Origin: Tubiluchus corallicola | Taxonomy: Eukaryota; Animalia; Priapulida | Assembly: GCA_030141605.1 (NCBI GenBank) | Contig: JAQGDQ010000669.1 | Coordinates: 51,726-115,725 of the forward strand | Length of the DNA stretch: 64,000 nucleotides | Direction of reading: 5' to 3' | In this document: positions 43,349 through 54,480 of the stretch, one piece after another | How the letters are laid out: each line of letters starts with the position of its first letter | How positions within the stretch are numbered: the stretch's first letter is position 1 | Made by a program: the position numbers and the translations under genes | Notes under the pieces: generated by a model | The model's input: the letters and a program-made list of their open reading frames with translations, nothing else | Told to the model about the DNA's origin: nothing | Databases searched by the model: none

Positions 43349-44614
43349 ATGGATGTGCGTTGTTTGCTGTCCCCTTTTGAGAGGCAAATTCCTGACATTT
43401 CTAGTTTGTTTCCCGAAATATTAGCTATGATTTTTAGTTACCTGGATGTGAGAGACAGGGGTAGAGCGGCACAAGTGTGTGTAGCTTGGAAAGAGGCCGC
43501 ATACAATCGTTCTGTGTGGAGAAATGTCGAGGCGAAGTTACATCTACGAAAGCACTATCCCACGTTATTTCAAAGCTTGGTTACAAGAGGTATTCGACGA
43601 ATACAAGTGCTCAGTTTGCGGAGAAGTCTTCGCGATGTTATAAAAGAGGTGCCAAACGTGGAAAGCTTAAATCTGAGCGGTTGTTTCAACGTGACAGATA
43701 TTGGTTTAGGACACGCGTTTTCGACTGACGTGCCTGCACTAACCGTGTTAAATTTGAGCCTGTGTAAGAAAATTACCGACACAAGCCTGGGCAAAATTGC
43801 TCAAAGTTTAAAAAATTTGGAAGTGTTAGAATTGGGTGGCTGCTGTGATATTACGAACACAGGATTGTTGTTAGTGGCTTGGGGTCTGAAAAGGTTGAAA
43901 ACGCTAAACCTACGTAGCTGTAGACACATTACAGACATTGGCATAGGTCACATAGCGGGTATGAGCCGTCAGGCTGCCGACGGAAATTTAAAATTGGAAA
44001 ATCTTAGTTTACAAGACTGCCAAAAATTGTCAGACCAGGCGCTAAAACACATCAGCGAAGGTTTAATCGAACTGCGGACGTTAAATTTGAGTTTCTGTGC
44101 AAACATACGCGACCCGGGAATGAAATTCCTAGCGAAAATGCCATCACTCGAGAGCCTCAACTTACGCAGCTGCGACAACATTAGCGACACTGGCATTGCG
44201 TATTTAGTAGACGGTGGTTCCAAACTCCTCGCTCTAGACGTAAGTTTTTGTGATAAAATCGGTGACCAATCTCTCGTCCATATCTCCCAGGGTCTCTACA
44301 ATATCCGGACTCTACGGTTAAGCGCCTGTCACATCACAGACGAGGGGGTGAGTAAAGTTGTGAGGACATTAAAAGACTTGTCCAGCCTTCACATAGGTCA
44401 GTGTACGAACATTACAGACCGTGGGCTAGAGTTGATATCAGATTTCTTGCCATTACTGACTGAAATCGACCTGTACGGGTGCACCAGTGTTACGACTGTT
44501 GGCCTTGAACGGGTCATGCAGTTGCCAAAGTTGTCTATGCTGAACCTGTGTTTAGGAGGAGAACTGCAAATACGTGGGCGAGATTGTACCAGTACAGTGC
44601 GTTCTATTTCTTGA
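43349..44614 (+). CDS. FBXL14: F-box/LRR-repeat protein 14 (Partner of paired/Ppa), intronless CDS, 421 aa
   Basis: ATG at 43349 (caagATGg). F-box LFPEILAMIFSYLDVRDRGRAAQVC..WRNVEAKLHLR is followed by about a dozen LNLxxCxxITD LRRs; strongly similar to known FBXL14/Ppa. AATAAA at 44718-44723. Confidence 0.95.
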   Translation: MDVRCLLSPFERQIPDISSLFPEILAMIFSYLDVRDRGRAAQVCVAWKEAAYNRSVWRNVEAKLHLRKHYPTLFQSLVTRGIRRIQVLSLRRSLRDVIKEVPNVESLNLSGCFNVTDIGLGHAFSTDVPALTVLNLSLCKKITDTSLGKIAQSLKNLEVLELGGCCDITNTGLLLVAWGLKRLKTLNLRSCRHITDIGIGHIAGMSRQAADGNLKLENLSLQDCQKLSDQALKHISEGLIELRTLNLSFCANIRDPGMKFLAKMPSLESLNLRSCDNISDTGIAYLVDGGSKLLALDVSFCDKIGDQSLVHISQGLYNIRTLRLSACHITDEGVSKVVRTLKDLSSLHIGQCTNITDRGLELISDFLPLLTEIDLYGCTSVTTVGLERVMQLPKLSMLNLCLGGELQIRGRDCTSTVRSIS

Positions 44615-45894
44615 TGTTTAAGAGTCCTAAATGACTTACCTTGCTCAAAATCAGTGTCTCTGTGTACGAACTATACTGTCCACGTACGTTGAATCTATTT
44701 TGCTAATTTTGTGTGTAAATAAATTAAAGTTATTTAGTTAAATTTATTAAACATTTTTATTTTAAAAGTTTATCGTAGCCGATGTAGTTGCTTTAAAAAT
44801 TTTTGATAGCTGTAGTTATTATGATATTTTTATTGTTTTAGGCTTAATTTCGTTGTTTCAAAACTAGCTATAAAGTATGTGAAATCACCAATCAAATTGT
44901 TTTTTTAAGTTACGCAAATAGTTTTTGCATACTAATCATTTAAAACACTTATTGCAACATAATTACGTTTGTAGATTACCAACAAACAACGAAAAGATTA
45001 AAAATCTTTTTATGATTTACCTGCATTTAATATCTACAAAATTATCTGCATTCTCGTCAAATGATTTTTTGAATATTTTCTGACTTATGTCTAAAACTTG
45101 TATTTTGCTTGCAGTTTTTCATACATTTTCCAACTTTATAGAGCATTTTTCAAATTAAGAACCTAGATTTCTCACAAATTTTTGTGAAATATCTAATTTA
45201 AATAAAGTAGGCAAGTACTGAGCCTGAATTTTAGTTATTTGCACAATTTTCTCTAGCTAGCTTAAATTTTAGGTTCATCAACTTTTTGCTGCTTCTTTAA
45301 TTCTTTAATGTCATTATGCAGTAGTGTTACCGCTTTATCTTCAAAATACAGTATTTTTCAACATTGACGTTTTAGCAAAAAGGAGGCATTAAAGAATTAC
45401 ATATTGCTAATCTAGTACATTTAATTCAACCAGAGAAACGTGAGTTCATCCACCTAAGAATTGACATGGGCCTTTACTGATCAGATTTCCTTTTGGTTCA
45501 AATTGTTCGACATGCAGTGTGAAAGCTTTTGGTTCGATTCCAGTGCATCACGTTTTTTCTACCAAGCTAACGATTATTGTTGTTGGATGCTGACGTTAAT
45601 ACTGCAGCATTAACAATTGTATGTAGCCTCGCTTAATTATGCAGCATTGGGACTGAAAGGAGTACCTAGAATGGCCACATTGTTATGGCAATGCTAGGCT
45701 TGGATAGTTACTAAGTTCATGACTTCTGGAAAGGCGTTTCTCTTGCGGAGAGAAGTTGTGGACTCAACCAAGAGGATTACCCTTGATAATTGAATAGATT
45801 CTGGTCCTGCCACAAACATTTACAAGCCATCGCAGAGAACTAATTTGTTATTAATAATAAATTATAATAATAAATTATTTGTTGCTGTAAGGCG

Positions 45895-47699
45895 CAGGAT
45901 AAGATACATATTCACAATTATACGATAGTAAAAATATATAAGGTAAGATTAGGTAATAGAATGTTCTCATTTTCTATGAGGGTCATCAGTTTGATTTCGT
46001 TGAATTTGCATCGACTGATTAACTAACTTTTACCCTTCCTAATGTAGTAACTTATTTAAGTCACTGGTCAAACATGATCCAAGTGTCTATGGTTAGCGAT
46101 CTATTGTAAACTGAAATCATTCAGTTCAACTTATCGAGACCATTCACATGAGTTATACAGGAATATCAGTCTTCTCTCACATGGTTGATAATCACTGATT
46201 GATCCTTCATAGATATTATTTTTTATTGCAAATATAGATACTCACCTTCACGTTCACCTGGGATTTACACTAAGTAATAAGTGTACAAATACAGATAACA
46301 CTAACATTTAGCACATTGCGTCCAAAGTTTAGGTAACCAACTGTATTTGTTAAAACTTATTATGACAGGTGCTTGCCATTAAATGACAGATAATTTTTTG
46401 ATAAATTACCATGCACTACTTCTGCTTAAAGACCCCTTTAAAATAAGGATAAGCTACAAATATATTTGCCACATTTTTCTCAAAGTATATGACTTTGTTG
46501 AACTTCAAGAGCCTCATTTTCACATGGACATAAATTTGCTGCTCCTCAAGAGCCTAATTTTAAGTTGGGCATGATTTTGTTCTTACGTGAGAGCCTCATT
46601 TTAACATGGATGTGATTCTGTTGCTCCTCGGGAGCCTCATTTTAACATGGATGTGATTCTGTTGCTACTCGAGAGCCTCATTTAAACATGGGCATGATTT
46701 TCTTGCTCCTCGAGAGCCTCATTTTAACATAGATAAAACATGCTACTAGCCTGCGAATCTCCGTGATAGATTAGCCTACAGCACATGGCATGTATTTAAT
46801 ACAAGAATCCGCGGGCAACATGCTTTTGTAATTAAAAAGCCGCCTAGCGGGGAAATGTAGTTATAGTAAGCTACGCTTAAAGTGGTACTCTACTGCGCAA
46901 AAATTTTAGCCCTAGTATTTTGTTTTTTACAGTTATTCCCCTCTCACAAACTGTATACATTGGAAATTCCCGATTGAAAGTCTTTCACGGGCTTAAAATA
47001 CGGTCACTCAGAAATGTATTTTGTAGTCTATTTGATACCAGTTAAAAGATAAATATTATATGAAATATGTTGCTAATAAATACGTATTTTTCTTATCAGA
47101 CGTTTAAAAAAGATTCTTGATAGTGTACGGTAAAGCAATGTGTAAAGTTATCTGAGCGATAACGATTTTAAGGGGGCCTTTAAGCAGACGTAGTGTCATT
47201 TAATGACAAGCACCTGTCATAATAAGTTTTAACAAACACAGTTGGTTACCTAAACTTTGGACGCAATGTGCTAAACGTTAGTGTTACCTGCATTTGCAAA
47301 CTTATTACTTAGTGTAAATCTCAGGTGAACGTGAAGGTGAGTATCTATATTTGCAATAAAAAATAACATCAGGGATGTTGATAAGGATGAATCAGTGATT
47401 ACCAATCATGTGAGAGAAGACTGATATTCCTGTATAACTCATGTGAAAGGTCTCGATAAGTTTACAATAGATCTCGATTTCAGTTTACAATAGATCGCTA
47501 ACCATAGACACTTGGATCATGTTTGACCAGTGACTTAAATAAGTTACTACATTAGGAAGGGTAAAAGTTAGTTAATCAGTCGATGCAAATTCAACGAAAT
47601 CAAATTGATGACCCTCATAAAAAATGAGAACATTCTATTACCTAATCTTACCTTATATATTTTTACTATCGTATAATTGTGAATATGTATCTTATCCTG
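45895..47699. repeat. Long inverted repeat: arms 45895-46388 and 47194-47699, ~805-bp spacer
   Basis: CAGGATAAGATACATATTC.. / ..GAATATGTATCTTATCCTG; arms align end to end. Confidence 0.95.
46509..46732. repeat. 41-bp tandem repeat (5-6 copies) in the spacer of the long inverted repeat
   Basis: GAGCCT at 46509, 46550, 46591, 46632, 46673 and 46714. Confidence 0.9.
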
Positions 47700-47844
47700 T
47701 AATTATGAATTATATATGACAATCTCCATCTAGATGTGTCCATATAGCTAGGCCGCTCCACTACTTTAGAACTGGCACGTTATTTTAACTTGACTAATCT
47801 TTACATTCTAAATTAAAAGACCTCTTTCGGCCATGGACGTAAAT

Positions 47845-48725
47845 ACTTCTAAGAATTTGTCCAAAAACTGTCCCACCCCACGTATGCGAACGGGCTCAGT
47901 GTATGAACACCACCATAAACGTGACAAACGAGTCACCGTAAGGTTGAAAATGACTGTAAGTCCAGAGAAAAAAATTCTTATAAATAATTTGCTAGAGATA
48001 GACGGTATTTGTGGAAGTTCTTCTTGAATTGAGTGAGATTGTAGTTTTCAGAGAAACAATTTTTGATAGAGAATTACACAGATAAGAAGCCCTGTGGAAA
48101 AGAACTGAATTTATAAGCAGTTGTTTTACACCTAAGAATGTCTTGGCGACCAAAAAAGAGATAATCGTACATTAATATTTTCTAACCGTCATTTTCTACT
48201 AATGTCTAATGTAATCTTGTAGTAAAACTTGTCAGCTTGTGTAGTTATAGTCTATTCTTACTGTAAATGTTCTTGTAAATAGTGTATAAAGTCTGTTGTG
48301 GTGAGGATCATAAATCATGTTGTTCAAACTGTCTGATCCAATCCTAAATAAATTATGTTTAAACTAAAAAAGAGATAAATATATACATTCTTAATTAGAA
48401 GGCCTACATCAGCCGCAGACGTAAATAATTCTGAGAATTTGTCCCACGTATGTGAGCGGGCTCAGTGTGTGAACAACCCCGTACATAAACGTGACAAACG
48501 GGTACAGTAAAGGTTGATTATATGAATGCATGCACAGAGAAATAGAATTCATATAAATAATTTGCTGGTGATAGAAGTTATCTGTTCTTCTTGAATCAGA
48601 TGACATTGTAGTTTCCAGGGAAACAACTTTCGCTGGAGAATTCCGTAGATCACAAGCCCGGTGGAAAAACTGGATTCATAAGCAGCTGTTCTACACCTAG
48701 AAATGCCCAGATGACCGAAAAAAAA
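47845..48725. repeat. Diverged ~290-bp direct duplication with the CR1 insertion between the copies
   Basis: CGGGCTCAGTGT..CATAAACGTGACAAACG..ATAAGCAG.TGTT.TACACCTA recurs at ~47.85-48.15 kb and ~48.43-48.72 kb. Confidence 0.75.
48165..48365 (+). mobile_element. 5'-truncated copy of the same CR1 3'UTR with a 13-bp TSD
   Basis: Near-identical to 31085-31290; flanked by AAAAAAGAGATAA at 48152-48164 and 48366-48378. Confidence 0.85.
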
Positions 48726-49287
48726 CAATTCAATAAGCCATACTTACGATAAACAAACAGAAAAAACACTCTCCCCTCGCCTTTTTTGCTGACACAGTAG
48801 CCACAGTTATGCTGCTAGAATGGATTTGATTCAAGTTACTTTGTTGTTTTGCCGTGGGGTAATTTTGATGTGGTCATTTTTGCTGTAGAAGGTCAAATGG
48901 TGCATAGTGTCACGGTGAAGACATATTTATGATTGCGTTGATGTTGAAACTAATACAACTCGTTTATTTTTAGGTTGCTGTTGTATTTTACTTCACTTAC
49001 GAAGTTTCTCTATAAAGAGGTCTGTTTCACCGTGATACTGTTGGTCTTTTCGTTCTCGTTGTTCTTCGTGTAACAGGTTTTATCAGTTTTTTCATATCGT
49101 GACATCACAATAGAGACTTAGAATTACTCCGTACTCTAATTTCTTACGAAAAACTGTCTTGACAACGGTAAAACATTCTTAAATGTTCTAAAGCATTCAT
49201 ACCATCTAAAACGTGGCGCCTCCTACCTGTTGATGCCTACCTGCAGATCCACTCTAGGCGTTTTGAAAGTCGTTTCAAGATATTTAA

Positions 49288-49888
49288 ATGAAGACAGGAT
49301 GATTTTTCATATACTACCCCATTTTCAAATACGGTAAAGAGTACGCATTTTAACATCAATGGTACTGCAAAAGCGTTTCTGATAATTAAATAATAGATTA
49401 AAGAATTAGTTAACGGCGGGCGAGCCCAACTATTGATGACATCACAAACTAACTAATTTTTCAACGGCACAAACATTCCATGAGCGTGATGCCCGTGTTA
49501 GAGAAAACGAAAATTGAAGTACAGTACTACTGTAAGAGATTCAATGTATTGTACTAAAACTAGGTAAGTTTTAAGATAAAAATTCAAATTTCAAATTTAC
49601 GGTTGTGACTCCCTTAAGAGCTGTAGAACGTGTGCAGTTTGTCACAAACTGCACACGTGAACTGAAAGGTACAGCACCTGTTTTTTGTGCAACGGTTTCC
49701 GAAATGCAGGCGCTAGTGCACGTCTAACTAGCGATTGGCGAAATGCATGTAACAGCGAAGAAGTAGTGGCGCGAACGCGAAATTGTGCTTGCGTGGTAAT
49801 AATTCTTTCGCGCAAGTCATTTTTGGAGAAACATTTCCATTTCATTATTATGAAGAATAGACTGTTTAACATTGGGTCCGGTTTTGCT
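49288..49888 (-). mobile_element. Family B element, full length
   Basis: TTAA-ATGAAGACAGGATGATTTTTCAT..GGGTCCGGTTTTGCT-TTAA. Confidence 0.78.
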
Positions 49889-50821
49889 TTAAGTAAGGGT
49901 ATAGGAAGAGGATATTCCTGGGGTAGTCCAAGCCAATGAAGTCTTTCTAACTTGGATTTGTTTGCTCCTATGGTTCTTATTCACCACATCGTACTAATCA
50001 TCGTTGGATACCTAATAGCTCCCTGTAGAGACCCATATATTTCGTTCTGTTTAACTTTTATTTCCATAGCTCAGCATTGTGCAAAAACACAGGTGCAACT
50101 AAAGTTGGAAAGATCCGAACTTTGGTTTCAGGAGCAAGTCTGATGTGTTTTCGAAAACCTTTTTGCTAGAATTTTCCTTCGCTCAACATTAGCATAAATA
50201 ATATACCATATCATATTTGTTTATATTACTGCCATTTTCTACATGTTCTATTCACAAAAAGACGGGCCAGTGACAATGGTATAGTGTTCTAAATAACATA
50301 ACCATTCAGTTCACAAAAAAAACATTTTTTTCATTAAACTGACATTTTTCATTTCTTTTAAATTTCTTTAATAATTTTACAGCTGATGGTTTCGATGGTA
50401 AACCATTTTTACAGTCAGTTTAATTCTCATTTTTATACAGTTTGTTTGTTATAATCATTTGAAGTAACAATACCTAAGCGACTGAAACTGTTTAACATCT
50501 TTCATCAGGTAGGAAATTTCTGTTGTCTGATTATAAATTCTGTAGCACGCGATTTTGGGTTAGCCCTACTCGGAACTATGCATTGAGCCCAACCTTTCTT
50601 TCCTTTTCCCGCCATCTCATTTTACTTGGTCGTCACTCCTTCGCACCTTTTCTTTGCAAAACCAAACTTCTCTTTGGTCCCTAATTTCGCAGCATTGTTT
50701 TCCGCCACAATAGCCCTACAGGAGCTCTGCTCTTAATCTTGAAAACCTGTACGTTGGTATGCTGTCCATTGTTAAGGGTTGCTAGTGATTGCTATAGTGC
50801 GACTATGAAGTCCTAGTGTAG

Positions 50822-51084
50822 ACTTAGCCGTGCATACATATCTATGGTTAATGGAGACTGTTAACTCTTTAATACCGAATCAAAGTTTTAACCTTGTGAA
50901 ATACAAACCGTACGATGCTGTTCAGAGACCTCTCAAGACATTATAGGCCGCCAAACTTAGCCGTGCATACATATCTATGGTTAATGGAGACTGTTAACTC
51001 TTTAATACCGAAACAAAGTTTTAAACTTGTGAAATACAAACCGTACCATGCTGTTCAGAGACCTCTCAAGACATTATAGGCCGC
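50822..51084. repeat. ~133-bp tandem duplication
   Basis: ACTTAGCCGTGCATACATATC..CATTATAGGCCGC occurs twice. Confidence 0.9.
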
Positions 51085-51330
51085 TAGACTCGTCGGAAGT
51101 AGGTCCACGCATACAAAATGGATATTTTAACACTTCGTTTTTTTCTGGTATTATAAGGCCCCTTTTTTAATCCTTGGAAATTAAAAATCAGTAATGTTCT
51201 TGAAGAATAATTTGACACGTAACGTCTCCAGTCAGTGACAAACTGTTGCGAAAAGTGAAAAACATATCCCCTCTGTTTCCTCAAATAAATGATATTGCAA
51301 CTGCAAACTGTTAATTTTTTAATGCATTAA

Positions 51331-51807
51331 AACACAAGAAAACGTTCCGCTTACATAAAGCTTAAAAAATTCGTGTTGCGTACAAGGCTTGCGTCGGCAG
51401 TAAAGCTGTATAGAACATGTAAATTTCAACTCCCGCGATGACCGTTTGACGCAGCCATTTTGACGATAAGTCATTTGAAACAGGTTTAGATAACACTGAG
51501 TAAAGTTTGAAAAGATAATCAGAGCATTCGTAGAGCAGATGTCACTATGCTAAGTAATATAAATTTGCATGAAGAGTTTCTTTGGGACATAGTTTAACAT
51601 TCCCTTTTCTTTCCCCTGATTTACCGTTGTGCGCATATGACGTCATTTTATGACGCGGATGGAACAGTATTGCGGGAGATTTAAAATGAAACCAAACAAA
51701 AAATCCTTTCAACGCAAGTACGATATACACATAAAAATGCTGTTAGGTAAAGTAAACTTCAAAGCGATTTTTCTAAAACCCACTTCAGACACCACTTTTC
51801 TTGTCCT
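51331..51807 (+). mobile_element. Family A Kolobok-like element, internally deleted
   Basis: TTAA-AACACAAGAAAA..TTTTCTTGTCCT-TTAA. Confidence 0.8.
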
Positions 51808-52616
51808 TTAAGTCGACAATTAGTCGTGTCTATACGTTATTCTTGTTTTGCTGTTCTTTGCCAAATTGCTAGTTTGTTCAATATGACTGTAGTAATGTTG
51901 CTTTCACAGTCACGTATTAGCGAATGTGTGCAGCGATTTATTATTTTTTTATATATTTTTGAAATACAACTTAAATAGATTATTTAAATATTTTTGTGCA
52001 TATATTCTATTTTCTAGCCATGCTAGAACACGAACTTGTGCTGTACTGAGAAATCTATTCACGGGGCAGAGCGCCCTTCCTCAGTTTTGAAAGCCCTCTA
52101 CATCGTAACGCCGCCCTAGTGGCGGACTAATGCACTAGCGGTTTGAGAATGCCAGTCAGCGCGTATCGGCTCATAAATTATGTATGGTGATGCATCCAGT
52201 TCAGTAAAAGACAAGGCAGTAGGCCAGTGACTGTGCGAGAGAAAGAACTGAATGGACTCTAGTATACGCCGTTCGAATCGATCAGTCAGTAGATATCACA
52301 TGTGCGTGTGTATCTTTTACGTCACGTGACCTGCTCACTAGATCCTCTTTGTCCAGTTTTTTGCGATGGTTATTCTGCAAAGCGACTCGTCTACTGCTGC
52401 ATGGCAATATTGGCTAACAGCTAGCGATTTTTGGGATTCACTGGCATTTCCTGTGGTGAAAATCTTGGCGTAAACAATTTTAATGTTTCGGCCACGTACA
52501 AGGCGTTATAGTAAAAGGATTATTACCAGCAAAATAAGACATGGGCTATAATCCGCGAAAATCAGTAATAATCATTAAACTGATATAAAGTTTATACAAT
52601 AGCTGGGGTTGGATTT

Positions 52617-53149
52617 CATTTGTAGCTAAAAACAACACAACTTTATATTAAAACGTTTACATTAAAATGTTAAAATCATGTCAGACGTTTCGATAAGCTG
52701 CTGCTGTCATCATCAGTGGTAAATTTACAACCAGTTTATATAGGCAGAGAGTATTATGCACAAATTAAGTAGTTAACATAGCCAAATGGATAATGAATAA
52801 GCAGCCCAGTAAAGAAATTTATACAGTAATTTAAACACTAATTACGTATTTACAAAAGCCAAATAGGTAACGATTAAGCAGACCTTTTTACTAGTTTTCA
52901 TAGGCCGAGCCTATTATGCAGTAATTGAGTAGTTGATAGCTACTGGTGTGCCTCTTTACTGCTCTGCTTATTCATCACCTATTTGGCTTCTGTTAACTAT
53001 TTAATTAGTGCATAATTGACTCTGCGTATGAAAACTGGTTGTTTGTTTGTAAATTTACCACTGATCATGACAACAACGGATTGTCGAAACGCTTGACATG
53101 ATATTAACTTTTTAATGTAAACGTTTTAATAGAGTTGCGTTGTTTTTAA
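52617..53149. repeat. Imperfect palindrome (~200-bp arms) with hammerhead-like cores; probable Penelope-like pLTR remnants
   Basis: Arm 52617-52815 matches the reverse complement of ~52950-53149; each arm contains CTGAT(G/C)A-stem-GAAAC. Confidence 0.7.
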
Positions 53150-53606
53150 CCCTTTCAGTCCCAAATTATTTTTTAGTAAGAAAAATTTTTTGGCTTGGTA
53201 CTTTTGTTCAGTATGTCCATCTTGTTTACACATAATAATTATTTTTTCCTACCTGTGTCCGCGTGCTAAATATAGCCTGTATCCCGCGGGATACATTGGG
53301 ATTCAATGGAAGCATAAAATGTGCTTCATTTTGCAACTGTTGATAATTTTTTAACGTATTTAAGACATTTAGTATGCATGCTATGCTGATCTGTACAAAG
53401 TCGTCTCTAAAGTACTGTACCTTGCGCAGCTTTTTATGCTATGTAGATTTTCTAGTTTGCCATTTTATCACCATTTTTAGTCTATTGTTATTGGCTTAAA
53501 TCAATATAACTATTAACAGATCAAATGACTGTCAGTTTTAAATTTCATTAATTTTAAAGGCAGAAAATATTCTCGCATCCCACGCTATACAACGGGTATG
53601 AAAGGG
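53150..53606 (+). mobile_element. piggyBac-like MITE, copy 1
   Basis: TTAA TSD (53146-53149, 53607-53610); TIR CCCTTTCAGTCCC / GGGTATGAAAGGG. Confidence 0.85.
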
Positions 53607-54224
53607 TTAATTATAAATGTTTTTAAGTGTCTTTAATATTTGTAATTTTATTCAATGTCATATCAGTTAACCAACCAATGGAGTAGTAACACTATAACAT
53701 CTCAAAGCGAAAAAGCATAATCGACAATTACATAACTCATTGTACTCATTTTAAGTTTTTTAATTCATCCTACCACATGCAAGAAAAAAATTATTAAGGC
53801 ACAACAGCGATAAGCATCTCGAAGTATCTCGTAAGAAATATACCAACCATGACAAGCTCCTCGACACGGTCTTATTACAAAGGCACGAATTCTAGGAGGG
53901 ACCATTGTTTAGACGTACGCCATACTAAAGTTTACGCTAACTATTTGTGGTGTGTTACGAAACTTACACCATGCGAGTTACAAAGCTTACACCATGGGCG
54001 TTACACCATTTATGCAAATACTTGTAGTTTTCTTACGTACATTAAGTTTTATGTACAGTGTAAGAGACAAAAAGACGTAATAATTAAGTAGAAGACGCAG
54101 TTTGATGGACAGCTTTGTAAAATAATCATATTAGTAAAATGTTTTTATTTAAGTTCAAAAATTTAAATGAATTAAGGAATTTTCTGCTTTTCTTCCAAAT
54201 AAACTTGTCTTCTAACGAATTTTA

Positions 54225-54480
54225 CTTTCTTTTCTTTCTTTTCTTTTTATTTCTTTTCTTTTCTTTTGTCTATTTAATTTTATTTTATTTTATTTTCTCT
54301 TCTCTCCTTTCCTTTCCTTTCCTTTCCTTTCCTTTCCTTTCCTTTCCTTTCCTTTCCTTTCCTTTCCTTTCCTCTCCTCTCTTTCCTTCTCTTCCTTTTC
54401 TTTCTTTTCCTTTTCTTCCCTTCCCTTTCCTTTCCTTTCTTTTCCTTTCCTGTCCTTTCTTGTCTTTTATTTTCTTTACA
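54225..54480. repeat. (CCTTT)n / pyrimidine-rich tract
   Basis: Directly visible. Confidence 0.9.

Noticed and set aside
44540-44614. FBXL14 C-terminus diverges from the usual LNLGLW ending (possible frameshift or pseudogene)
   Set aside because: The ORF is intact with all LRRs, no alternative frame restoring the motif was seen, and tails vary among species.
45955-45995. CTGATGA plus hairpin in the long inverted repeat as a hammerhead
   Set aside because: No GAAA follows the stem in the correct register.
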